DNA of 38,185 bases from Candidatus Aenigmarchaeota archaeon ex4484_224 (lineage in GTDB: Archaea > Aenigmatarchaeota > Aenigmatarchaeia > CG10238-14 > EX4484-224), in the NCBI GenBank assembly GCA_002254545.1, contig NJEA01000002.1, positions 1-38,185 on the forward strand. Reading direction: 5' to 3'. A program made the position numbers and the translations under genes. This document shows positions 25,379 through 33,920 of this stretch, in pieces; within the stretch, counting starts at the first letter, position 1; every line of letters begins with the position of its first letter. Under the pieces are notes generated by a model that made no database searches, was not told the DNA's origin, and was given only the letters and a program-made list of their open reading frames with translations.

Positions 25379-26026
25379 ATGAAGAATAACAAAGAAATGA
25401 TTGAATATTTGAAAAGATTTGGTTATTTAAAATCTAAAAAAGTTGAAAAAGCTTTTTTAGCTTGTGACAGGAAAAATTTTGTTCCTGAAATTTTCAAAGA
25501 AGAAGCTTATGAAGATTATCCTTTACCAATAGGAAAAGATTCAACAATTTCAGCTCCTCACATGGTTGCTATGATGACTGAATTATTAGAAGTTAAAAGA
25601 GGGCAAAAAATTTTAGAAATCGGAACTGGATCTGGCTGGCAAGCTTGTATTTTATCTAGGCTTGTAGGAAAGAAAGGTTTAATTGTTACAGTTGAAATCG
25701 ATAAAGAGGTTTATGAATTTGGTAAGATCAATTTAGAAAAATTTTGTTTGAAAAATGTTAAGATAATTTTAGGAGATGGAAGTTTGGGATATAAAGAGCT
25801 AGCACCTTATGATAGAGTTTTAGTTACTGCAGCAGTTCCAAGCAATATACCTAAACCATTTTTAGACCAATTGAAAGTTAATGGAATAATAGTTTTACCA
25901 ATAGATTATGGAATTTCACAAGAATTAATAAAAGCAAAAAAATTGAAATCTGGAAAAATTAAAATGGAAAGAGTTGTTTCAGTAGCTTTTGTTAGGCTTA
26001 AAGGAAAATATGGATTTTCTTTCTAA
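25379..26026 (+). CDS. pcm: Protein-L-isoaspartate O-methyltransferase
   Basis: 215 aa. TISAPHMVAMMTELL and ILEIGTGSGWQACILS motifs. Confidence 0.92.
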   Translation: MKNNKEMIEYLKRFGYLKSKKVEKAFLACDRKNFVPEIFKEEAYEDYPLPIGKDSTISAPHMVAMMTELLEVKRGQKILEIGTGSGWQACILSRLVGKKGLIVTVEIDKEVYEFGKINLEKFCLKNVKIILGDGSLGYKELAPYDRVLVTAAVPSNIPKPFLDQLKVNGIIVLPIDYGISQELIKAKKLKSGKIKMERVVSVAFVRLKGKYGFSF

Positions 26027-26313
26027 TCTTTTAAAAATTTTGAAATTAGAACGATTGCAAATATTGCAAAAATCGAAACAAAGATTGCAATTAAGAATTT
26101 TGTTATCAAAATTCCTTGAAATGGTATAAAATTTTCAATTGCCTTTCTATAAACATTTATTAATTCTTGAATAGCATCTCTCCAAAGCAATGCTGCTACA
26201 AAAGAAAATGCACCAATTATAAATTCTGCTAAATGTTTTTTAAACAATAAAGAGAATTCCTTAATTTGTTTGCTTGTTTTTCTAGTAATTTTCTTAATCA
26301 TTTTATATTTCAA
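26023..26313 (-). CDS. Small two-TM membrane protein; unknown function
   Basis: 96 aa. Basic N-terminus, FIIGAFSFVAALLWRDAIQ, then a second TM FLIAIFVSIFAIFAIVLI. Confidence 0.6.
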   Translation of the reverse strand: MKYKMIKKITRKTSKQIKEFSLLFKKHLAEFIIGAFSFVAALLWRDAIQELINVYRKAIENFIPFQGILITKFLIAIFVSIFAIFAIVLISKFLKD

Positions 26314-27238
26314 TTTTTTCTACACTAAATGGATAAGATTTTTCTTCTTGGAAAGTGTAAGATAATTTAATAGAAAAACCTACTACTTTTTTAGATTCTG
26401 TAAATTCTGGAGGATCAAAATAGCAAGTAACTGTTTTATGCCTATAAATGGTTAAATCAACTTCCTTTATTTCCTTTCCATCTTGATCAACACATGGTTT
26501 ACCATTTATTTTTGCATCTAGCTTTACTTTGTTTATATTACCATCTACAAGAATATGTCCTCTATCTCCCAACGACAAGTCAAATACTAATTTTTCTTTT
26601 CTTGGTTGATCCTTTCTATAAAAGTATGGGAGATATCCGGCTCGTTCTTTGCTTTTGAACTTCTTAAGATGGAAAGAAACAACAAGAGGTGCATTTTGCA
26701 TTAAGTTAATTTTTATAGGAGGTGTCTTTAAAGCTTCTTCTCTTATATTTTGATCCTTTTTATAATATTCATAATTAAAGAAAGCAATGCTTCCTTCAAT
26801 TTGTTGTTCAACATCATAACTAACTTTTGCTATTAACGAATCTTCTCCCTCTTTATCCTTTGCTGTGGTTATTGTTCCTGTAAGTTCAACTTCATTTTCT
26901 AAAGAAGATGAAGGAATAGTCATTGGCGGATTATCTATTGATATTGTAAGTAATCCATAATCTTCATTTTCTTCTTCTATAGAAAGGTCAAAATTTTTTG
27001 CATCTACATCCATCTGATTTTCAATTTGAATGGTAATAGGATATTCCATATCAGTTTCCATTTTATCTGGGAAATCTACAAGACTAACTTCTACAAACTT
27101 CTCTTGAGAAGAAAGAGATGGAGTAGTTTTAGGTTGAGTAGTTTTTGATGCTTGTATTAAAGGAAGTTGTTCACATCCCGAAAATGAAATAACTAAAGCT
27201 ATAAGAAGAAGTGGAACTAGAAATAACTTGTAATTCAT
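26303..27238 (-). CDS. Putative secreted lipoprotein; unknown function
   Basis: 311 aa. Signal peptide with a lipobox-like LIALVISFSGC, then a Ser/Thr/Pro-rich linker and a beta-rich body. Confidence 0.65.
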   Translation of the reverse strand: MNYKLFLVPLLLIALVISFSGCEQLPLIQASKTTQPKTTPSLSSQEKFVEVSLVDFPDKMETDMEYPITIQIENQMDVDAKNFDLSIEEENEDYGLLTISIDNPPMTIPSSSLENEVELTGTITTAKDKEGEDSLIAKVSYDVEQQIEGSIAFFNYEYYKKDQNIREEALKTPPIKINLMQNAPLVVSFHLKKFKSKERAGYLPYFYRKDQPRKEKLVFDLSLGDRGHILVDGNINKVKLDAKINGKPCVDQDGKEIKEVDLTIYRHKTVTCYFDPPEFTESKKVVGFSIKLSYTFQEEKSYPFSVEKIEI

Positions 27239-27280
27239 TATTCTCTAAAATAAACTTTATCGGTAAAAAATTTAAAGGTT

Positions 27281-27833
27281 TTAACTTGATTGACAAAGTA
27301 TTTTTAATCTTCTTTTCTTTTTAGGATGTTTAAAACCAATAAATTTTTCAAAAATTTTGAGATATTTACTTCCAATTCTTAACCTAGAAATTTTTCCATA
27401 TGTTTTAAGAGTAGAATCGATACCAAAATCTTTTAGTAACTTCTTAACTTGTAAGAGTCCAAATCTATTTACTGAATTTATTTCTATATCTCTTCCATTT
27501 ATTGATACTGTTGTTTCATCATCAAAAAATGCTCTTATCCATTCCTTCTTAACTTCAATGCTAGAGATAAATATCTCTTTTGGGATGAACCAAGTATATG
27601 AATTGAAAGGAAGTGAAATTTTAAGAGATTGAAGAATATGTTTAACACCATTGACTTTAAGTTCTTTTCCATCATGGATTTTTGTTGCTTTTCTTCCAAA
27701 TGCAATTTTCATGTCATTTTCAAATTCTTTCAATTTTTCTTCTTTTATGTTTTTTTAAATCTCCTGGAGATCTTTTTTCTTTAGAAATCCATACAGAACC
27801 ATCTCCACATAAATGTGCATGAATCCTAGCCAT
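27281..27833 (-). pseudogene. Two-motif LAGLIDADG homing-endonuclease-like gene, split by one frameshift at a homopolymer
   Basis: Motif 1 is MARIHAHLCGDGSVWIS (frame of ORF 27720-27956, ATG at 27833). Motif 2 is WIRAFFDDETTVSINGRDI (ORF 27281-27733). The frames switch at a T7/A7 run at 27750-27756. A 1-nt correction there gives a roughly 183-aa protein of normal length for this family. Confidence 0.7.
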
Positions 27834-27847
27834 TTCTTTTGTAAAAA

Positions 27848-27935
27848 TGGGACCGGTGGGATTTGAACCCACGACACACCGGTCTTCAGCCGGTCGCTTT
27901 CGGGAATGATTTCTCCCGGGCTGAGCTACGGTCCC
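27848..27935 (-). tRNA. tRNA-Phe (GAA) with a 14-nt insertion (candidate non-canonical intron) in the 3' half of the D-stem
   Basis: Minus strand: GGGACCG-TA-GCTC-AGCCCGGGA-GA[AATCATTCCCGAAA]GC-G-ACCGG-CTGAAGA-CCGGT-GTGTC-GTGGG-TTCAAAT-CCCAC-CGGTCCC-A. Removing the bracketed 14 nt leaves a perfect 74-nt cloverleaf. No encoded CCA. Followed by T5. Confidence 0.85.
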
Positions 27936-28071
27936 ACTTTTTAGATTAGTCAACATAATATTATTTATTCCATTTTAAATAGGTTTTAAGTTTTTCGGTA
28001 GCATTTTTCACAATTAGGCTTTGAATATAATGACTAACCTTTTAATTCTCTTTTTTCCAAATTCAAAATTA

Positions 28072-28605
28072 ATGATTCTTAAAATTGTTCCTTTAGGAGA
28101 AATTGATCAAGAAATAATTGATTTCATTGAAAATGAAATTAAGAAAACATTTAAACTAACAGTAGATTCTTTATTTCCAAGAGAAATTCCTGAAGAAGCT
28201 TATAATCCGTTTAGAATGCAATATGATGCAACAAAAATTTTAATTTGGCTTAGAAATAAGTTCACTTCAAAGGTTTTGGGAATAATTGAAAAAGATATCT
28301 ATGCTGATAATTTGAATTTCATTTTTGGAGAAGCAGAATTTAATGGAAAAATTGCAGTTGTTTCTTTAGCAAGATTAAATCCGGAGTTTTACAGAGAGAA
28401 GTTTGATGAGAAGTTGTTTAAAGAAAGAATTGTAAAAGAAGTTTTCCATGAGCTTGGACATTTGTTTGGGCTAGAGCATTGTAAAAATCCCAAATGTGTT
28501 ATGTCATTTTCAAATACAATTCTTGATGTTGATAGAAAATCTAAATATTTTTGTGAAAGTTGTAAGAAAAAACTTCAGGAAAAGAATGTAATTTTTAGAA
28601 TTTAA
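28072..28605 (+). CDS. amzA: Archaemetzincin (zinc metalloprotease AmzA)
   Basis: HELGHLFGLEHCKNPKCVMSFSN...CESCKKKL (HExxHxxGxxH plus a Cys4 zinc site). Start set to ATG 28072 (MILKIVPLGEI); the ORF-track start at 28021 is TTG. Confidence 0.9.
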   Translation: MILKIVPLGEIDQEIIDFIENEIKKTFKLTVDSLFPREIPEEAYNPFRMQYDATKILIWLRNKFTSKVLGIIEKDIYADNLNFIFGEAEFNGKIAVVSLARLNPEFYREKFDEKLFKERIVKEVFHELGHLFGLEHCKNPKCVMSFSNTILDVDRKSKYFCESCKKKLQEKNVIFRI

Positions 28606-28664
28606 TTGCTCTAAAAGATTTAAAAATAATTAAAATTAAGTATTACTTTAGCTTTGGTGATGGG

Positions 28665-28874
28665 ATGGGAAGAATAAAGACAGAATTTATTAAAAAAATA
28701 GGTCAAAAGATTTACTTACAATATAGAGATAGAATTACGACTGATTTTGATAAAAATAAAGAGTTAGTTAAGGAAGTCCTGAAAATAGAATCAAAAAAAG
28801 TTAGGAATATTGTAACTGGATATATTACAAGGCTTAAAAGAAAAGAATTAGAAGGAAAGCTAGAGATTGCATAA
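28665..28874 (+). CDS. rps17e: 30S ribosomal protein S17e
   Basis: 69 aa. MGRIKTEFIKKIGQKIY...DFDKNKELV...SKKVRNIVTGYITRL. Confidence 0.9.
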   Translation: MGRIKTEFIKKIGQKIYLQYRDRITTDFDKNKELVKEVLKIESKKVRNIVTGYITRLKRKELEGKLEIA

Positions 28875-28909
28875 ATGTTTAATGCTTTAAGTTATAATTA
28901 TTTTTTAGG

Positions 28910-30010
28910 ATGAAAGGTCAAAAACTTGATGAATTTGCATTTATTTTGTTAGCAGGAATTATTTTCATTGCTATTATTGTTTTAACTTTGCCTCCGGCGG
29001 TAGAATCAAAACCTGTAGTAAATCCAAGAAAAATTGTTTTAAATGGTTTAAATGGGACATCTAGAGGTGTTAGTTTAGAAATTATTGGAAACAATACAAA
29101 TATAAGTTTAAGTGCAGATGGAGAAATAGCAAAATTTGTTGATTTTTCAGATAATTATTTTGATGTTTTCATTAAAAAGAATGTTTTGATTTATTTTGAC
29201 CTTCCAAATAGAGTTGGAAAATTTTTAGGAAATATTTATGTAAATTATAAAGGAGGAAAAATAAAAATCCCAGTTGAAGTTAATGTTGTGAGCAGTAAAG
29301 AAAAAATTTTAAGCTTTTCTGAGATTGGACCTTTTGATCCATTTATTTTAGAATATGGAGAAAATGAGAAAATTTTAAGAAATGAAACTCAATTTGAAAT
29401 TTCAAGAGGATTTTTTGGTTCTAAAATTAAAGCAATTTCTGCAGAAATTAATAATTTAAATAAAGTTGAAAAAATTGTTTTGAAATTTGAAGTTATTGAA
29501 AGCAATAAGCTTGGAGATTTAATTATCAGATATAACGGAAATGTAATTTACAAAGGAAAGCCATCTTTAGGAATCGTTGAATTGGAAATTCCTTTAAACA
29601 AAATTGTAAACATAGAATTTGATTGTGAAAAACCAAGCTATCAATTTTGGACTTCTACTTATTATAAGCTTAAAAATGTTAGATTAATTGAAAAGTTAAA
29701 AACAAATGCAATTAAAACTTTTAACTTTACTTTATCAAATGATCAAATTTCAAATTTTGATCATTTTAAAATTGCTTTATATTTTGATTCATCCCAAAGC
29801 AAAGGAAGATCTTTGTTAGAAATTAAGGTTAATGGAAAGGTAGTTTATGAAGGAAGACCACATACAATTTATGAAGAAATTGAATTTAGCAAAGATATAT
29901 TTGGAAATCCAATTTATCTTTCTAAAGAAAACAAAATTGAATTTAAGATTTTAGAACAAGGAAAATGGGTTGTAAAATCTTGGAGTTTTTATGTGTATTA
30001 TTTGTCTTAA
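28910..30010 (+). CDS. N-anchored extracellular protein with a pilin-like N-terminus; unknown function
   Basis: 366 aa. MKG|QKLDEFAFILLAGIIFIAIIVLTL has Gly-Gln at the putative cleavage site and an acidic residue at +5. The body is beta-rich with several N-x-S/T sequons. Confidence 0.65.
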   Translation: MKGQKLDEFAFILLAGIIFIAIIVLTLPPAVESKPVVNPRKIVLNGLNGTSRGVSLEIIGNNTNISLSADGEIAKFVDFSDNYFDVFIKKNVLIYFDLPNRVGKFLGNIYVNYKGGKIKIPVEVNVVSSKEKILSFSEIGPFDPFILEYGENEKILRNETQFEISRGFFGSKIKAISAEINNLNKVEKIVLKFEVIESNKLGDLIIRYNGNVIYKGKPSLGIVELEIPLNKIVNIEFDCEKPSYQFWTSTYYKLKNVRLIEKLKTNAIKTFNFTLSNDQISNFDHFKIALYFDSSQSKGRSLLEIKVNGKVVYEGRPHTIYEEIEFSKDIFGNPIYLSKENKIEFKILEQGKWVVKSWSFYVYYLS

Positions 30011-30765
30011 ATTAAACATAGAAGGTTTAACAAATTTCTTGTACCTTGAGCAATTCCAATTATTGTAATTATCATTTTTAGGTATTTGTTTAAATCTTTT
30101 TGTTTGATGTAATAATCAAGAAGGATTATCGATAAAATTGCAATTAAAGGTTTAATTATTAAAAAGGTTTCTAGAGGAGCTAGTGAAAAAAGAATGTTAG
30201 GTAAAACATGTTGTTCTTTATATCCAAAAAATTTCATTGCTGTATAGCTTATAGAGGCATCATAGGCTTGAGAAAAAATTAAGATTTTATTTTCAATTTT
30301 TGTATTTGAATTAAAAACTAATAGAAAGAAGAAAGTTAAAAGAGGAATGAGATATATTAATGCTTTGAAATAGTAGATTGGTAATGTTAATAACAAAAAA
30401 ATTTCTACTATAATACCACTTATAAATGAAATTTTTTCGTAAGGAATGAAAAATTTTTGTTCAATTGTTTTTGAAATAAAAAGAATTGTTAAAGTTAAGA
30501 GTGAGATTAAAAAATAAATTTGAGGGGTAACAAACACCAAAGAAGTTAAAATTAAAGCATCTCTCATTGTTCGAAGAGTAGAGCCAATTAATATGAAAGG
30601 GAAAATAGCAAAAGCTAGTTTATAATCAATTTTTATTTTCAATTTCTTAAGAATTTTGAAAATTATGTAAATTCCAAGAAAAAATAAGAGTGAATAAGTT
30701 AAAGTTGTATACCAAGTATATCCATATTTTTTTGGATATATCCATTTAAGAAGTTCTTCATTCAT
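30007..30765 (-). CDS. Polytopic membrane protein, possibly DUF63 family
   Basis: 252 aa, about 7 TM segments. The motif AYDASISYTAMKFFGYKEQHVLPN resembles archaeal DUF63 proteins as I recall them. Confidence 0.55.
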   Translation of the reverse strand: MNEELLKWIYPKKYGYTWYTTLTYSLLFFLGIYIIFKILKKLKIKIDYKLAFAIFPFILIGSTLRTMRDALILTSLVFVTPQIYFLISLLTLTILFISKTIEQKFFIPYEKISFISGIIVEIFLLLTLPIYYFKALIYLIPLLTFFFLLVFNSNTKIENKILIFSQAYDASISYTAMKFFGYKEQHVLPNILFSLAPLETFLIIKPLIAILSIILLDYYIKQKDLNKYLKMIITIIGIAQGTRNLLNLLCLI

Positions 30766-30900
30766 TGAATACCCTCTATTAGTATGTAGAAAGAAGCTTT
30801 ATATGTTTGTTTGCTTGTATTTAGTTTTTTGTATAGGAATTCTCGGTATGAAACTTCGTATAGAAAGAATTAGGTCATAAACATTTAAGATTTTTAAATT

Positions 30901-30973
30901 TGGGCCCGCTGGGATTCGAACCCAGACCAGGAGCTCCGCAAGCTCCCGTTCTATCCGATTAAACTACGGGCCC
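30901..30973 (-). tRNA. tRNA-Arg (GCG)
   Basis: Minus strand: GGGCCCG-TA-GTTT-AATCGGATA-GAAC-G-GGAGC-TTGCGGA-GCTCC-TGGT-CTGGG-TTCGAAT-CCCAG-CGGGCCC-A. 73 nt, canonical cloverleaf, no encoded CCA. Confidence 0.93.
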
Positions 30974-31011
30974 CAAAAACAATTAATATTTGAATTTAAA
31001 TAAAAGTTGGT

Positions 31012-31188
31012 ATGGAATATCCAGAGAAATTAATTTGCATTTCATGTGGGACTCATGTATTAACAAAGAAATATTTCTCAGCATTTAAATGCCCTAATTG
31101 TGGAAAAGAATGGATAGTTAGATGTTCAACTTGTAAAGCTTTATCTAGAGAATATAAATGTCCATCTTGTGGATTTGTTGGGCCGTAG
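31012..31188 (+). CDS. Small zinc-ribbon protein with four CxxC pairs
   Basis: My translation, 58 aa: MEYPEKLICISCGTHVLTKKYFSAFKCPNCGKEWIVRCSTCKALSREYKCPSCGFVGP. A small Zn-finger gene directly upstream of aEF-1beta is a recurrent archaeal arrangement. It is below the ORF-track cutoff. Confidence 0.75.
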   Translation: MEYPEKLICISCGTHVLTKKYFSAFKCPNCGKEWIVRCSTCKALSREYKCPSCGFVGP

Positions 31189-31196
31189 GTGATTGA

Positions 31197-31454
31197 ATGG
31201 GAAATGTTTTGGTTAAAATAAGAGTTATGTCGGAAAATGTTGAAATAAATTTGGATGAATTGGAAAATGAGATAAAAGAAAAAATCAATCCAGAGAAAGT
31301 TGAAAGAGAACCAATAGCTTTTGGTTTAGTGGCTTTAATAATTTATAAAATAATTCCAGATGATGCAAAATATTTAGAAGAAATTGAAAATAAATTGAAA
31401 GAAATTGAAGGAATTAAAAATTTAGAAGTGTTGCAAGTCTCAAGAACTCTTTAA
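31197..31454 (+). CDS. ef1b: Elongation factor 1-beta (aEF-1beta)
   Basis: 85 aa. MGNVLVKIRVMSE...EPIAFGLVALIIYKIIPDD...IENKLKEIEGI. Confidence 0.9.
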   Translation: MGNVLVKIRVMSENVEINLDELENEIKEKINPEKVEREPIAFGLVALIIYKIIPDDAKYLEEIENKLKEIEGIKNLEVLQVSRTL

Positions 31455-31997
31455 AAAAGGAGCACCGACAATTAACCTATATCTATCCTTTCCTTCCAAT
31501 TCTTCTAAAATTCTTTTTATAATTACTTTTTTAGGGTTTGGCATCATTTCAACTCTTTTTTTCAAATCTTCAAAACTTTCAAATGGTTTTTTCTTTCTTT
31601 CCTCAATTATTTTCCACAAATGCTTTTTTCCAATTCCAGGCAAAATTTCTAAAGAATGCAATCTGGTGCTTATTGGTCCTGCAATATTGAAAAAATTAAC
31701 CAATTGCTTTTCTTTCTTAGAAACAAGTTCTTCTAAAACTTCATTTAAAGTATCTTTTGCTAAAGAAGTTAATTGGTTGTATCTAATTTTTCCTCTTATA
31801 TACTTTACCTTTTCTCTTTTATCTGGACCAATATATATTCTTTCTTTTGGCTTAAGAAAAATTCCTTCTTTTATAACAACTTCTAATAAGTTAAAGTAAT
31901 CTTCTCCTAAAACTTGAGCTAGAGGTTCAGCTTTTCTATCTGTAGGTTTTCCTCTTGGTAAAAAATCTAACACTATTGCATATTCATCTTTTTGCAC
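31440..31997 (-). CDS. DUF655-family RNA/nucleotide-binding protein (OB fold plus HhH)
   Basis: 185 aa. EYAIVLDFLPRGKP...LSLEILPGIGKKHLWKIIEER. Conserved position downstream of rpoF-L21e. Confidence 0.8.
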   Translation of the reverse strand: MQKDEYAIVLDFLPRGKPTDRKAEPLAQVLGEDYFNLLEVVIKEGIFLKPKERIYIGPDKREKVKYIRGKIRYNQLTSLAKDTLNEVLEELVSKKEKQLVNFFNIAGPISTRLHSLEILPGIGKKHLWKIIEERKKKPFESFEDLKKRVEMMPNPKKVIIKRILEELEGKDRYRLIVGAPFLKSS

Positions 31998-32009
31998 GAA
32001 ATCACCTCT

Positions 32010-32336
32010 TCACTTAAATTTTTTAACTAATTCTAGAATTTGTTTCACTTCATCTTCACTTAACAAAGAATAATCCTTTTGAAGAATTGTTCTCAAATCA
32101 TCATTATCCTCTGGCAAAAGATTAACTATTTGAACAATTTGAAATTCTCTCAGCTTTTTATTTTTCTTTAATTCTTCAAATAATTGCCTAGCTTTTTTTT
32201 CGTCTATTTTCTTAAATTTCCTTAAAATTTCTAAGCTTTTCTTTTGTTCATAAGTCATTTCCCCCTCTTTAGCTCTTTTTTCAAGTATTTCTCTAGCTTC
32301 TTCATTCGTTATTATTCTTTCTTCTAAAATTTCCAT
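32010..32336 (-). CDS. rpoF: DNA-directed RNA polymerase subunit F (Rpo4)
   Basis: 108 aa. ITNEEAREILEKR...QIVQIVNLLPED. Conserved neighbourhood with L21e. Confidence 0.82.
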   Translation of the reverse strand: MEILEERIITNEEAREILEKRAKEGEMTYEQKKSLEILRKFKKIDEKKARQLFEELKKNKKLREFQIVQIVNLLPEDNDDLRTILQKDYSLLSEDEVKQILELVKKFK

Positions 32337-32378
32337 AATATTTTTGTTGAAATTGCTCTTTAAATTGATTTAGAAAAA

Positions 32379-32660
32379 TCAAAATGGTTTTAAATGCTCA
32401 GGCATAGAAATAACTTTCTTAATTTTTTTACCATTTTTAATTTCAACTATATAAGCTTTCCCTCTTTTTCCAACAATTTTTCCAATTTTTCCTTTAAATC
32501 TATGATGAGGCATTCCTCTATGGCTAGAAGGGTCTGGATATATTACAACTCTTTGACCAATATCAAATTTTCTTAAGAACCTAGTAATTCCTTTTCTTCT
32601 TATTTCTGCTTTTAACTTTTTTCTACTTCTTGTTCTAAATCCTCTACTTTTTTTAACCAT
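32379..32660 (-). CDS. rpl21e: 50S ribosomal protein L21e
   Basis: 93 aa. KSRGFRTRSRKKL...GQRVVIYPDPSSHRGMPHHRFKGKIGKIVGKRGKAYIVEI. Confidence 0.92.
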   Translation of the reverse strand: MVKKSRGFRTRSRKKLKAEIRRKGITRFLRKFDIGQRVVIYPDPSSHRGMPHHRFKGKIGKIVGKRGKAYIVEIKNGKKIKKVISMPEHLKPF

Positions 32661-32668
32661 TTTCTCAC

Positions 32669-33904
32669 TTAAAGCTTTGAATGAATTTTAATTACATCTA
32701 TTAAAATATTTATTGGTTTTTTTCCTGTTAATTGGTAAATTGAAGGAGTGGTATCTTTTCCTGTTATAAAATTTTTAATGTTTAATTCATTTTCTGCAAG
32801 AAGTTTTAAAGTAATTATATTTTCTTCAACTTTTTCAATTTCGACTCTAAGGAGTTTAATTTTTTTAATTTTATTGTTTAATTTTTGCTCTATTATTTTT
32901 CCGCTTAATACCTTAATTTTTTCTGGATTTTGAACTTTTTCCTCAAATTCAATTTCAATTCTATATTCTTTTCTACTTCTTTCAGTTTTTACTTTTTTTA
33001 CAAAATCTTTTTCAACAATTTTTAGATCAGAAACTTCAATTTTTTTACTTTCATTAATTTCTCTCCTAATTTCTTCTAAGTTAATTTCTCTAGTTTTTGG
33101 TTTAGTCAATTCTAAAACAAAAGGTCTCCAATCTAAACATAAGGAATTAACATCTTCTTCACCACTAGCATAAAATTTTGCTTTTTTGCTTTGTGTAGCT
33201 TTAATTAAAGGATTTCCGATTAATTCTTCAATAGAAGTAGGATATAGCTTTCCTTTTCCTCTACAATACAAACAACCCTTCCCTCTACAATAAGGGCAAA
33301 TTGCTTTTAATTGTGGAAATCCTCTTTCAATTTTTTTATATTTTCCAAAGATGTAAAGACTTTTAAATTGAACAGATGTTTTGTTTATTTTCAAATTAAC
33401 TATTACAACTATGTCTGCATTTTTCTTATCTATTTCTTTTTTCAAAACTTCACTAACTTTTTTCCCTATTTCTCTGTTAATTTCATCTTTTATGCTTTCT
33501 CCATAATTTTTTTCCAAAATTTTCAGAATAATTTTTTCTCTTTCCAAAATTTCTTTTGGCAATTTTGTTTCTATTAGAAATTTTTCGAATTTTGTTTTTC
33601 TTAATTTTTCAATAGTATTTTCAACAAACACATTAATTTTTTCTTCAAAAAAATTTTCACAAATAAAGCATTTTGGTTTTGAAACGGTTTTTTCAAAATT
33701 CTTCTTCAATGCTATTGATAAATTTTCCTCTCTAATTTTAACTATTCCAATTTCATGCATTAAAGTAAAGAAGTTTCTTATAATTTTGCCTTTCTCTTCA
33801 TTTGTTATTTCAGGTAAACTTTGAGAAAAAAGCCTTCCTAAACAATTGTTGCACAAATAATAGTTCTTCAATATTTTCTCAAGATTTTCAAGAAGTTTTT
33901 TCAT
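32669..33904 (-). CDS. pus10: tRNA pseudouridine(54/55) synthase Pus10
   Basis: 411 aa. N-terminal Zn-ribbon cysteines (CNNCLGR, CFICENF) and CPYCRGKGCLYCRGKG. Its size and its position upstream of L21e-rpoF are typical of archaeal Pus10. Confidence 0.82.
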   Translation of the reverse strand: MKKLLENLEKILKNYYLCNNCLGRLFSQSLPEITNEEKGKIIRNFFTLMHEIGIVKIREENLSIALKKNFEKTVSKPKCFICENFFEEKINVFVENTIEKLRKTKFEKFLIETKLPKEILEREKIILKILEKNYGESIKDEINREIGKKVSEVLKKEIDKKNADIVVIVNLKINKTSVQFKSLYIFGKYKKIERGFPQLKAICPYCRGKGCLYCRGKGKLYPTSIEELIGNPLIKATQSKKAKFYASGEEDVNSLCLDWRPFVLELTKPKTREINLEEIRREINESKKIEVSDLKIVEKDFVKKVKTERSRKEYRIEIEFEEKVQNPEKIKVLSGKIIEQKLNNKIKKIKLLRVEIEKVEENIITLKLLAENELNIKNFITGKDTTPSIYQLTGKKPINILIDVIKIHSKL

Positions 33905-33920
33905 AATTAGAATTTGAGAA

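Noticed and set aside
27834-27956. The N-terminal part of ORF 27720-27956 (MLTNLKSGTVAQPGRNHSRKRPAEDRCVVGSNPTGPIFTKE).
   Set aside because: This stretch is the translation of tRNA-Phe and its flank. Only the part from ATG 27833 onward (MARIHAHLCGDGSV) looks like real coding sequence.
27281-27956. The LAGLIDADG domain as part of an intein.
   Set aside because: There are no flanking extein or Hint-domain sequences (no Cys/Ser-1 block, no terminal HN). The ORF starts with its own ATG right after a tRNA.
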